DNA from: Verrucomicrobiia bacterium
GTDB lineage: Bacteria; Verrucomicrobiota; Verrucomicrobiia; Limisphaerales; UBA11358
Direction of reading: 5' to 3'
Assembly (NCBI GenBank): GCA_036502245.1
Contig: DASXYX010000026.1
Span: forward strand, 136,575-200,574
Length of the DNA: 64,000 nt
Positions 21,485 to 32,326 of this stretch are shown here, piece after piece. The notes under the pieces were generated by a model. The model saw nothing but the letters and a program-made list of their open reading frames with translations, was not told the DNA's origin and did no database searches. The translations under genes were made by a program, and so were the position numbers. Position 1 is the first letter of the stretch. The number at the start of each line of letters is the position of its first letter.

Positions 21485-21518
21485 GCCGTTCCGTGTGATG
21501 CGGAACGGCTTTTTATTT
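21485..21518 (+). terminator. Rho-independent terminator downstream of erpA
   Basis: GCCGTTCCG-tgtgatg-CGGAACGGC followed by TTTTTATTT. Confidence 0.85.
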
Positions 21519-21922
21519 AATCACAGGAGGTTTAATGAAGTTGAACAGGAGTGAACGGAGATAACAGAGAATAAAAATGGGAACATTCAACTTTCAACTT
21601 CGAGGGGACAGACCATAAAACACGCGTGACCCGAAAAGTGTGACGCACATGGAAGCGATGAGAAGGGCCAGGCGCGCAAGCTTGATTCAGAGCCGGCTCA
21701 CGCCGGCTGCTACGGGATGGAGATGTGAGGATGAAGCTGGAGCGGTTTAAAAAATACTGTAGCCATTCGGGGGGGAGAGATGAGAAGCGGTCTTTTTTGG
21801 TTTTGGCGTCGTTTCAGCTCAGTCACAGGGTTTTCAAACATGCTCCTTCGGCGAAGCCTCGCCAAAACCCCAAAAATCCTCGCTCCGAACGGCCACATTA
21901 TTTTTTAAAACGCTCTATTGCG

Positions 21923-24592
21923 TCAGATCCAGCCTTTGCGCACCAACCACACTTTGATGATCTGGGTCAGGCCGAGGTAGCAAAGCAGGGTAGCGGCCAA
22001 AATCGGCCAGAACTGCCAGGGCAACGGCACAAAGCCCAGCGGAGCGGCCAGAGGTGAAAACGGCAGCGCTGCGCCAACTAACATGATAGCAATGGTGGTC
22101 ATGGTCAATTGCCAGCTCGCCCGGGATTGGACGAAAGGCAGTAAATTGGTGCGGATGACATGAATGATGAGGGTTTGGGTCATCAACGATTCGACGAACC
22201 AGGCAGTGTTGAACAACGCAGCCGCATAGGTATGGTTCGCGTCACCGGAGGTGTTGGCGAAACGAGCGGCCAGTTCTGGCGGCGGCATCAGATTGAGATT
22301 GCTGCATTTGAAATAAAACCACATCACACAAAAGGTGGTGTAGTCGAAAATCGAGCTGATGGGCCCGATAAAGACAATGAATTTAGTGAGTTCGCCAAAG
22401 TGCCACGGACGGGGTTTGGCGGTGAACTGTTCACCGACGTTGTCGGTGGGGATGGGCACCTGCGAGAAATCGTAAAGCAGGTTGTTGGTCAGGATCTGGA
22501 TGGGCTGCATGGGCAGGAAGGGAAACCAGGCGCTGGCGCCCAACATACTGAACATATTCCCGAAATTGGAACTGGCGCCCATGCGAATGTATTTCAGGAT
22601 GTTGGCGAAAATTTTTCGGCCTTCAATCACGCCTTCTTCCAGGACCATCAAATTTTTCTCCAGCAGGATCATGTCGGCGGATTCCTTAGCGATGTCCACG
22701 GCGTTATCCACGGAGATGCCGACGTCGGCGGCGCGCAGGGCCGGGGCGTCGTTGATGCCGTCGCCCATGAAACCGACGACGTGTTTCTTTTTTTGGAGAG
22801 CCTGGACGACTCGTTTTTTATGCGCTGGCGATAGGCGGGCGTAGATGTCCACGCGATCCACCACCTCGGCCAATTCTTCGTCGGACATCTTTTCCACGTC
22901 GTTGCCGAGGACGATTTTTTCAGAATGGATGCCGACTTCACTGCAAACTTTGCGGGTGACGAGGTCATTGTCGCCGGTGAGGACTTTTACGGCCACACCA
23001 TGTTGCCGGAGGGCTTCAATCGCTTTGGCAGCGGTGTCCTTGGGTGGATCGAGAAAGGCGAGGTAGCCGGTCAAAACGAGGTCTTCTTCATCCATTTTGG
23101 AATAGGCAGCTTTGGAATCCACTTTTTTATTGGCGATGGCGAGGACGCGGAAGCCGTCTTCGCTCAAGGAATTGACCTGCTCGATGAGGTTGCCGACGAG
23201 GATCGGTTCCATCTCAAAGATTTCGCCGTCGCTCTGGAAATGGGTGCATTTGCGGAAGACGGATTCGGGCGCGCCTTTAGTGAGGAGTTGCCGCTGGCCA
23301 TCGGGGCCTTCCACCACCACGGACATCATGCGGCGGGAAAAATCGAACGGGATCTCGTCCACTTTATTGATTTTATCGACGCTGAGTTCGCGATGCAGTT
23401 CGGTGTATTTGAGGACGGCGCGGTCGAGGACGTTCTTCAAACCGGTCTGGAAATGGCTGATGAGGAAAGCATCGCGCAGGACCGCTTCGCTTTCATTTTT
23501 GAAGACGTCGCAGTGGATTTCGAGGATGACATGGTCGATGGTAAGGGTGCCGGTCTTGTCGGTGCAGAGGACGTTCATGGCGCCGAAGTTCTGGATGGAG
23601 TTCAGGCGTTTGACGATGACCTTTTTCTTCGACATGGCGAGAGCACCCTTGGAAAGGCAGACGGAAACGATCATCGGGAGCATTTCGGGCGTCAACCCGA
23701 CGGCGATGACGAGGGCAAAGAGGAAGGTGTCCTTGCCCCAGCTATGCTTGGTGAATCCGTTGATGAAGAACACAGCCGGGGCCATGACCGCCATAAAGCT
23801 GATCATGAGCCAGACGAACTTTTTGATTCCCTTATCGAAGGCAGTCTCGACCTGTTGGGCGGCCAGACTGGTGGCCATCTTGCCGAAATAACTCTGTGAA
23901 CCCGTGGCCACGATGACGGCGGTGGCGGAGCCGCTTTCCACGCTGGTACCCAGGAAACAAAGATTGGTGTGTTCGATGGGTTGGATGTCGGGGCGGGGGT
24001 CGCGCGCGTCATTTTTTTCGACCGGCAACGATTCGCCGGTGAGCGTGGCCTGGATGATGAACAGATCTTTGGCGGAGAGCAGGCGGACATCGCCGGGGAT
24101 CATGTCGCCGGCGGAGAGTTTCACGACGTCGCCGGGCACGAGATCTTTCAAAGGGACTTCCTTTGGCTGGCCGTCGCGAAGGACGGTAGCCGTGACTTTG
24201 ATCATGGCTTTGAGCTTGGCCGCGGCGTTGTCGGCTTTGGTTTCCTGGATGAGACGCAGTGAGACGGCGAGCACGATCATGCCCACCATGACACCGCCAC
24301 CGATATAATCGCTGGCGCTTCCGGCCGTGGCCAGGGTGATGCAGGCGATGACAGCCAGCAGGATGACGAGAGGGTTGCGGACCGCGACCCAAAGGCGGTG
24401 CAGCCAGCCGTGCTGTTTTTCCTGGCCGACCTCGTTCGGGCCGAACACTTCCAGGCGTTCGGCGGCTTCCTCTTCCTTTAGGCCGTTGGGCGTGGAGTTG
24501 AGCCGTTGCAGCACTTCGGGGATCTCCTGGGTGGCCGCGTCGCGGATCAAGTCGGCGGCGCGCTGTCCATTTAATATTTTTTCGGCTGGCAT
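21923..24592 (-). CDS. mgtA: Magnesium-translocating P-type ATPase
   Basis: CTDKTGTLT, MGDGINDAPALRAADVGISV, TM4 motif GLTPEMLPMIVSV typical of MgtA/MgtB. 889 aa. Confidence 0.93.
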   Translation of the reverse strand: MPAEKILNGQRAADLIRDAATQEIPEVLQRLNSTPNGLKEEEAAERLEVFGPNEVGQEKQHGWLHRLWVAVRNPLVILLAVIACITLATAGSASDYIGGGVMVGMIVLAVSLRLIQETKADNAAAKLKAMIKVTATVLRDGQPKEVPLKDLVPGDVVKLSAGDMIPGDVRLLSAKDLFIIQATLTGESLPVEKNDARDPRPDIQPIEHTNLCFLGTSVESGSATAVIVATGSQSYFGKMATSLAAQQVETAFDKGIKKFVWLMISFMAVMAPAVFFINGFTKHSWGKDTFLFALVIAVGLTPEMLPMIVSVCLSKGALAMSKKKVIVKRLNSIQNFGAMNVLCTDKTGTLTIDHVILEIHCDVFKNESEAVLRDAFLISHFQTGLKNVLDRAVLKYTELHRELSVDKINKVDEIPFDFSRRMMSVVVEGPDGQRQLLTKGAPESVFRKCTHFQSDGEIFEMEPILVGNLIEQVNSLSEDGFRVLAIANKKVDSKAAYSKMDEEDLVLTGYLAFLDPPKDTAAKAIEALRQHGVAVKVLTGDNDLVTRKVCSEVGIHSEKIVLGNDVEKMSDEELAEVVDRVDIYARLSPAHKKRVVQALQKKKHVVGFMGDGINDAPALRAADVGISVDNAVDIAKESADMILLEKNLMVLEEGVIEGRKIFANILKYIRMGASSNFGNMFSMLGASAWFPFLPMQPIQILTNNLLYDFSQVPIPTDNVGEQFTAKPRPWHFGELTKFIVFIGPISSIFDYTTFCVMWFYFKCSNLNLMPPPELAARFANTSGDANHTYAAALFNTAWFVESLMTQTLIIHVIRTNLLPFVQSRASWQLTMTTIAIMLVGAALPFSPLAAPLGFVPLPWQFWPILAATLLCYLGLTQIIKVWLVRKGWI

Positions 24593-24597
24593 AAATT

Positions 24598-24882
24598 TTA
24601 TCCGATATAACGTTCCAACATCGTCAATACTGAACGAAGATCCTGCCGGCCTTCGGATTTGCGGGCGGAATGCTCGATGAATTCGTGCAGGCGGGATTCG
24701 ATGACCTCTTCGCTGAAGGATTTAAGGGCCCCGCGCACGGAAACGACCTGCATGAGGACGTCGGATGAATCGGTGTCGGCCTCGACCATCTTCTCGATGC
24801 CCTCGATCTGGCCTTTGATACGGCGGAGGCGGACGGTGAGAGCGCGTTTTTCCAGACCAGGGCGGACATACTTGGCTTTCAT
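24598..24882 (-). CDS. CsoR/RcnR/FrmR-family (DUF156) transcriptional regulator lacking all canonical sensing residues
   Basis: LTVRLRRIKGQIEGIEKMVEADTDSSDVLMQVVSVRGALKSF..ESRLHEFIEH aligns to the CsoR helix bundle. The product contains no cysteine. The stop codon lies 5 nt upstream of the mgtA start. I prefer the ATG at 24882. Confidence 0.8.
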   Translation of the reverse strand: MKAKYVRPGLEKRALTVRLRRIKGQIEGIEKMVEADTDSSDVLMQVVSVRGALKSFSEEVIESRLHEFIEHSARKSEGRQDLRSVLTMLERYIG

Positions 24883-24937
24883 AAAATGATTCGGTGCGGA
24901 ATCCACAGCGCGCCATTCCAAAACGCGCTTGACGTTG

Positions 24938-24956
24938 TATAGGGGATAGGGGTATA
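24938..24956. promoter_or_regulatory. Candidate DUF156-type operator (G-tracts flanked by AT inverted repeats) in the divergent promoter region
   Basis: TATAGGGGATAGGGGTATA contains two overlapping TAT/ATA-GGGG-ATA/TAT units. It lies between TTGACG (24929..24934) and TATATG (24953..24958) on the + strand, about 55-75 bp upstream of the regulator gene. Confidence 0.45.
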
Positions 24957-25025
24957 TGCTGGCGCGGTTTTTGTCAACCTTCAGCCTATAAAATTATTCA
25001 GACAAGATATGTCATTTTAGCGACG

Positions 25026-25751
25026 GTGATCCTGTTGCCGCAATTGGCCCGGGCCGTGGCGCCATTGACCACGGACGATGCGGATCCGGTGGACTATCGA
25101 CAATTGCAATTGAATTCGGGCTGGCAGTTCAACCGTGCGGGTTCCACGGACCTGAACACGTATTATTTCAACCTGGTCATCGGTATCACGCATCGCGAGG
25201 AAATGGGTGTGGTGTTCGGTTATCAATGGCAGGACGGCGGCATGGACGCCAATGGCATCACTGACTTGACTGCCGAGACCAAAATCCGGCTGTTAGGCGA
25301 TGGCAACGACAAGTTCCGTTTGACCGCGCGGCTGGACGTAAAAGCGCCCACGGCTTCGCCTGCGGTTAGACTGGGGACGGGCAAACCGGACGCGGATATT
25401 TTTTTGATTGCGACATATTCGCGTGGAAAAACGTCGGTGGATTCGGATGTTGGCTACATCAAGGCTGACGCCACACATGCTGTTTTCAACGCGGATCGGT
25501 GGTTCGTGGGGCAAACCATCCGACAGCAATTGAATGACACATGGACGCTCGTGGGCGAGGCGTATGCCACCATCCCAAACAGCGATGCCGGCGTGCCGGC
25601 AAATCTAAATTTTGATGGCGGTGTGCAGTATTCCGTGAAACAGAACATTGTATTATCTCTGCTGGCCGGTTCGGCTGTAGGCCGGGACAGCTCAGAAGTG
25701 ACGGCCAACTTTTGCCTGACATGGAACTTTGGGCCGTTTGGCCGGCGGTGA
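25026..25751 (+). CDS. Outer-membrane beta-barrel channel of the MetA-pathway/phenol-degradation-like transporter family
   Basis: The mature N-terminus PLTTDDADPVDYRQLQLNSGW is typical of this family, with alternating beta-strand patterns through to the C-terminal ..FCLTWNF. The true start is probably upstream of the listed GTG (see findings). Confidence 0.7.
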   Translation: MILLPQLARAVAPLTTDDADPVDYRQLQLNSGWQFNRAGSTDLNTYYFNLVIGITHREEMGVVFGYQWQDGGMDANGITDLTAETKIRLLGDGNDKFRLTARLDVKAPTASPAVRLGTGKPDADIFLIATYSRGKTSVDSDVGYIKADATHAVFNADRWFVGQTIRQQLNDTWTLVGEAYATIPNSDAGVPANLNFDGGVQYSVKQNIVLSLLAGSAVGRDSSEVTANFCLTWNFGPFGRR

Positions 25752-25784
25752 CGCTTGACGCTACGGGCAATTCAACTTAGCTTT

Positions 25785-27924
<2,140 letters not shown>

Positions 27925-27966
27925 TGGGGATGCCTCAAAAGTCTTTCTGGACGCGAATAAGTACTT

Positions 27967-28515
27967 ATGCCAACGATTTACCTGATTGCTGGTTGCAATG
28001 GCGCAGGTAAAACGACATTCGCAAAGGAGTTTCTCCCCAAAGAAGTAAAATGTCTTCGTTTTCTAAACGCGGATGAAATAGCTCGCGGACTTTATCCATT
28101 GAAACCGAGCGCCGGAGCTTTGCCTGCCGGACGGTTGCTGCTTGCACAAATTGAAGAATGTCTGGAACAACGAGACACATTCGCTTTGGAAAGCACGCTG
28201 AGCGGCAAGACGTATATTCAACTTCTCCAACGAGCACGGAAGCTCGGATACGAAATTGAATTGCACTATCTTTGGTTGTCCAATCCATCACAGGCCATAG
28301 CGCGTGTGCGTCAACGCGTCCGGTTGGGTGGGCATAATGTTCCGGCCGCCGATATTCGTCGTCGCTTTAGGCGCAGTCTTATCCATTTGATAAATGATTA
28401 TCTACATCTATCTACTCGTTGGGCGATTTGGGACAATCGCAATATGCCGGCAAAACGGATCGCTCTTTCCTCTTTGAATAATATTGAAAATGTGCGACAA
28501 ATAATCGGCATATGA
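27967..28515 (+). CDS. Zeta-toxin-like / COG4185 P-loop kinase family protein
   Basis: Walker A at the N-terminus (IYLIAGCNGAGKTTFAKEF). 182 aa, with NADEIA and GGHNVP motifs typical of the zeta/AAA_33-like family. Confidence 0.75.
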   Translation: MPTIYLIAGCNGAGKTTFAKEFLPKEVKCLRFLNADEIARGLYPLKPSAGALPAGRLLLAQIEECLEQRDTFALESTLSGKTYIQLLQRARKLGYEIELHYLWLSNPSQAIARVRQRVRLGGHNVPAADIRRRFRRSLIHLINDYLHLSTRWAIWDNRNMPAKRIALSSLNNIENVRQIIGI

Positions 28516-28679
28516 AGAACAGATCTATCGGCAAAAAACACGCAAAAACACCAGCATTTGTCTTACGGGCCGAACGTGCTTTACGCCGTGTGGCCAGGAA
28601 TGTTCGTGCTGAAAATCGCGCCCTCAATCTTCCGATCATTGGCTGGGAGAATGGTAAATTGGCAAAAAAATCGGCTTAA
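28512..28679 (+). CDS. Unlisted 55-aa ORF overlapping the zeta-like gene stop by 4 nt (ATGA); candidate cognate antitoxin or partner
   Basis: My own translation: MKNRSIGKKHAKTPAFVLRAERALRRVARNVRAENRALNLPIIGWENGKLAKKSA. It is basic and helical-looking and falls below the ORF-track length cutoff. Confidence 0.45.
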   Translation: MKNRSIGKKHAKTPAFVLRAERALRRVARNVRAENRALNLPIIGWENGKLAKKSA

Positions 28680-28769
28680 GTGCGCAGTTGAGGATGAACA
28701 GATCAGAGCCGTACCGAAATAAATCAAGTAGAGCAGGTATTTTCACAGCGCATTCACCGAACCGCCATT

Positions 28770-29987
28770 TCACGGCGAACTCAACCTGTAATAACGCTCC
28801 GGATAATTCGTCCATTGGGGATCACTGAAATAAACACTACCGTTGGTCACAAGGCAGGATTGTAACGGAGTCCAGACGCCGTTTGACAGGTTTGTGTTTG
28901 CCTCCACTACAATGGGAATGTTTGTTGTGCCGGTGATGTTGAATCCAAACTGATTGTTCTGCACGCCAAAGCGGCCATCGCCGGTTTGTGCCTGTGGATT
29001 CCAGAGCATTGCCGGACTCAACCCGCTGTTTGCATTGAAGGTGGCCCAACCAGTGGCTCCCGGCAAATAATAAGCCGTCGGGGCTGTGGCGTAGAACACG
29101 CTTGAACCAAGGACGGGGGCATTACCCGCGAAAAAGATCCAATCCAGATTGCAGGACTCGAATGTCTGGTCTCCGATGTTGGTAACGCTGCCGGGAATCA
29201 CGATGTTGGTCAAACTCGTGCAACCATAGAATGCCTGAGGGCTGATGATGGCGACGTTTGTGCCGATCATGACGCTGGACAAGTTAGAGCAATTGCCAAA
29301 CGCACTGCCTCCAATATTAGTGATATTATTGGGAATTATAATGCTGGTAAGATTAGTGCAAGCCGCGAACAAACCGCTTCCGATGCTAGTCAGGCCGTGG
29401 CCGATCACAACATTGGTCAGGCCAACGCAGCCTTCGAACGGAAATTGTCCCATGGTGATGACGCTGTCAGGAATTGTAAGGCTGGCGAGGCTGGTACAGT
29501 ACTCGAATGCCAGAAATCCGATGCTGGTGACGTTGGTGCCGATCGTGACGCTGGCCAGGCTGCCGCAATCCTGAAACGCGTAGTCTGCGATATTGGTCAC
29601 ACCATTGCCAATCGTAGCGCTGACCAGGCCGCTACTTTCGAATGTTCCCTGTCCAATGCTAAGAAGACTATCAGGCAGAGTGATATTGGTCAGCGCGCGG
29701 CAACCGGCGAACATATCCTGCCCAAGGGCCACGAGATTGGTATTGAATGTGACATTTTGAAGGGACGGGAAACCACCGAACAGGCCTACCCCCGGGGGAG
29801 CCTGCGGTTCGCCGATGGTTGTGACCGGCAATCCATTGGTCATGGACGGAATGACCAGCGAGACAAGGGTGTTCGGGCCGGTATAATCGTAAATATTGAG
29901 CGAACCGTCGGTATTGGTGGTGAATGTGAATTGGGCATTCACCACGGCGGGCAACACCAATACCAGCAGTGTCATTAGTAGTTTCAT
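28770..29987 (-). CDS. Secreted BspA-type leucine-rich-repeat protein with a C-terminal beta-sandwich ending ERYYRLSSP
   Basis: Signal peptide MKLLMTLLVLVLPAVVNA. About 10 repeats of the form IP.SVT.IG..AF..C.SLT.V.I. Confidence 0.85.
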   Translation of the reverse strand: MKLLMTLLVLVLPAVVNAQFTFTTNTDGSLNIYDYTGPNTLVSLVIPSMTNGLPVTTIGEPQAPPGVGLFGGFPSLQNVTFNTNLVALGQDMFAGCRALTNITLPDSLLSIGQGTFESSGLVSATIGNGVTNIADYAFQDCGSLASVTIGTNVTSIGFLAFEYCTSLASLTIPDSVITMGQFPFEGCVGLTNVVIGHGLTSIGSGLFAACTNLTSIIIPNNITNIGGSAFGNCSNLSSVMIGTNVAIISPQAFYGCTSLTNIVIPGSVTNIGDQTFESCNLDWIFFAGNAPVLGSSVFYATAPTAYYLPGATGWATFNANSGLSPAMLWNPQAQTGDGRFGVQNNQFGFNITGTTNIPIVVEANTNLSNGVWTPLQSCLVTNGSVYFSDPQWTNYPERYYRLSSP

Positions 29988-30059
29988 GGCCTATACCTTT
30001 CATATTCGTTCTTCCGTCCAAATCCAAGCCGGAATTTTAAAAATATTATGACTGGATAC

Positions 30060-30650
30060 CTATTCGCGCTCTTCCAGTTCATTCACAATCTTCTCTATCC
30101 GCCGATCGGGGATGAGCCACATCAGCGCCACGACAAAAAAGATCACGCAGGAAAGCCATGGACGGAAAAACGCCAGCGCAATTCCTGTGGCATAAAAGAC
30201 CGGCGAGAGTTTGCCTTTCCGGTCGTTGCCGATGGACCGGGCCAGTTTTGAATCGCAATCATGTTGCGCGAGGATGGTTGACTGGAGAATGAAATAAGCC
30301 ACGGCGGCCAGCAACAGCACCGCGCCGTAGGTTGCGGTGGGCGCGATGGTGAAATGGTTCTCACCCATCCAGCCCGTGACGAAGGGAAAGAGCGAAAGCC
30401 AGAAGAGCAGGTGCAGGTTGGCCCACATCATCCCGCCATTTACGCGATGCGCCGCTTTGAGGAGGTGATGATGATTGTTCCAATAAATGCCCACGTAAAC
30501 AAAGCTCAAGGCATACGTCAGAAAAACGGGCAGCAGCGGCTTCAGCGCGGCGATATCCGCATGGTCGGGAACTTTCAGGTCCAACACCATGATGGTGATG
30601 ATGATGGCAAATACACCGTCGCTGAATGCCTCAATCCGGTTCTTTTCCAT
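30060..30650 (-). CDS. TMEM175-family (DUF1211) potassium channel
   Basis: N-terminal hallmark RIEAFSDGVFAIIITIMVLDL and about six TM segments. Confidence 0.85.
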   Translation of the reverse strand: MEKNRIEAFSDGVFAIIITIMVLDLKVPDHADIAALKPLLPVFLTYALSFVYVGIYWNNHHHLLKAAHRVNGGMMWANLHLLFWLSLFPFVTGWMGENHFTIAPTATYGAVLLLAAVAYFILQSTILAQHDCDSKLARSIGNDRKGKLSPVFYATGIALAFFRPWLSCVIFFVVALMWLIPDRRIEKIVNELEERE

Positions 30651-30721
30651 GCGAAGAAGATAATAGAATCGTGCAGGAAACAGAATTCGAATAATTTTTA
30701 TCTTCAGTTATAATAGTGCGC

Positions 30722-31219
30722 ATGAAAACCGAGGCGCCGGGAAATCTTGATCTGTCCGTTGTCCCTGTTGGTCATGTCGAGTGCGCTCGCCAAACAGTGG
30801 AAGATGATTTTTGGGGTGGTGCGGAATCGCGGATTGTCTTATCGGATTCGATGGAGACAGACGCTTTGGACGGTATCGAGGATTTTTCCCATGCTGAGAT
30901 CATTTTTGTGTTTCATCAGGTTGAGCCGGGAAAAATCGTTCATGGAGCGCGGCATCCCCGCAATAATTCCGCCTGGCCAAAGGTCGGAATCTTTGCCCAA
31001 CGCGGAAAGAACCGGCCAAATCGCCTGGGCAGCACGATTGCCCGAATCGTGCGGCGCGAGGGCAAGTCGCTGATCGTTGCCGAATTGGATGCCGTGGATG
31101 GCACCCCCGTGCTGGACATCAAACCGGTAATGGTGGAATTTCTGCCACGCACCAAAGTATATCAACCGGAATGGTCACAGGAATTGATGAAAGATTATTG
31201 GAAACGACGAATTGACTGA
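30722..31219 (+). CDS. tsaA: TsaA/TrmO (YaeB, UPF0066) family tRNA methyltransferase
   Basis: GIFAQRGKNRPNRLGSTIARIVRREGKSLIVAELDAVDGTPVLDIKP. Confidence 0.85.
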   Translation: MKTEAPGNLDLSVVPVGHVECARQTVEDDFWGGAESRIVLSDSMETDALDGIEDFSHAEIIFVFHQVEPGKIVHGARHPRNNSAWPKVGIFAQRGKNRPNRLGSTIARIVRREGKSLIVAELDAVDGTPVLDIKPVMVEFLPRTKVYQPEWSQELMKDYWKRRID

Positions 31220-31228
31220 TTTTTACCT

Positions 31229-32173
31229 ATGACAACGAAATTACTTGGAAATTCTGACCTGAACATCACGCCCATCGGTTTCGGCGCGTGGGCCATTGGC
31301 GGCGATTGGGAATTTGGCTGGGGCGCGCAGGATGATAAAGACTCCATCGCAGCCATTCATCGCGCTCTCGAATTGGGCATCAACTGGATCGACACCGCGG
31401 CTATCTATGGCCTGGGACATTCGGAGGAAATTGTGGCGCGGGCGTTGCAAGGCTGGAAAGGCGCGCGGCCTTATGTTTTCACCAAGTGCGGCATGTTGTG
31501 GAACGACAAGAAGGAGATTTATTATTCATTGCGCGCGGATTCAGTGCGACGCGAATGTGAGGCCAGTCTGCGGCGGCTTCAGGTGGACACTATTGATCTG
31601 TATCAGATCCATTGGACGGCGGATGAACTGAACGAGACGATTGAAGGCTGGGAGACACTGGCCGCACTACAAAAAGAGGGCAAGTTACGCTGGATCGGTC
31701 TCTCGAATGCCACCGTGGAGGAAATGGAAAAGCTGAAAACCATCGCGCCCATCACCTCATTGCAGCCGCCATACTCGCTCATCCGGCGGGATGTGGAAGC
31801 GGCGCAGTTGCCGTGGTGCAAAAATAACAATGTGGGCACGATCGTGTATTCGCCGATGGCGTCTGGATTACTTACTGGCGCGATGACACGCGAGCGCCTG
31901 GCGGCATTGCCCAAAACCGATTGGCGCAATCGCAATGACAATTTCAAGGAGCCAAAGCTTTCCCATCATCTCCAGGCTGTTGAGCGGCTTCGCGCCGTGG
32001 GTCAGCGGCATGGGCGGACGCCGGGCGAAACGGCGATTGCGTGGGTGTTGAATAATCCGGCGGTGACCGGCGCGATCGTGGGGGCACGGAATGCGAAGCA
32101 GTTGGATGGCATCATTGGGGCGATGGATTTCCGGCTGACGGCGGCGGAAGTGAAGGAAGTGGAAGGGAAATAG
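31229..32173 (+). CDS. Aldo/keto reductase
   Basis: LGFGAWAIGG, INWIDTAAIYGLGHSEE, IDLYQIHW, GLSN. Confidence 0.9.
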   Translation: MTTKLLGNSDLNITPIGFGAWAIGGDWEFGWGAQDDKDSIAAIHRALELGINWIDTAAIYGLGHSEEIVARALQGWKGARPYVFTKCGMLWNDKKEIYYSLRADSVRRECEASLRRLQVDTIDLYQIHWTADELNETIEGWETLAALQKEGKLRWIGLSNATVEEMEKLKTIAPITSLQPPYSLIRRDVEAAQLPWCKNNNVGTIVYSPMASGLLTGAMTRERLAALPKTDWRNRNDNFKEPKLSHHLQAVERLRAVGQRHGRTPGETAIAWVLNNPAVTGAIVGARNAKQLDGIIGAMDFRLTAAEVKEVEGK

Positions 32174-32326
32174 TTAGCGGCGGCGGCGGGGCTAATTGCT
32201 GGAGGGGTTGCTATCATAAATTTTGCACTTATTAGTGCTGCATTTGAAGCGGGAGTTTTTCTGGGCTCTGCCGTTGATGCCGCGGGCGATTGCCTTGTTC
32301 TTTATATTGAAGAATGAAAGAGTAAA

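Noticed and set aside
22925-23899. A 324-aa + strand ORF (and 22160..22834, 23112..23891) overlapping mgtA. Similar long antisense ORFs occur in uvrA (15500..16405), thiC (26878..27780), the beta-propeller gene (42445..43728), pyrG (49525..50316), the dual-REC gene (53748..54752), pfp (59561..60751) and the PKS (60836..61498).
   Set aside because: Each is antisense to a gene with unmistakable conserved motifs. Their compositions are typical of shadow ORFs in GC-rich DNA.
24593-24597. An M-box riboswitch or mgtA-type leader peptide upstream of mgtA.
   Set aside because: Only 5 nt separate mgtA from the upstream DUF156 gene, so no leader can exist there. The region upstream of the DUF156 gene (24883..25025) shows no M-box-like conserved segments by eye.
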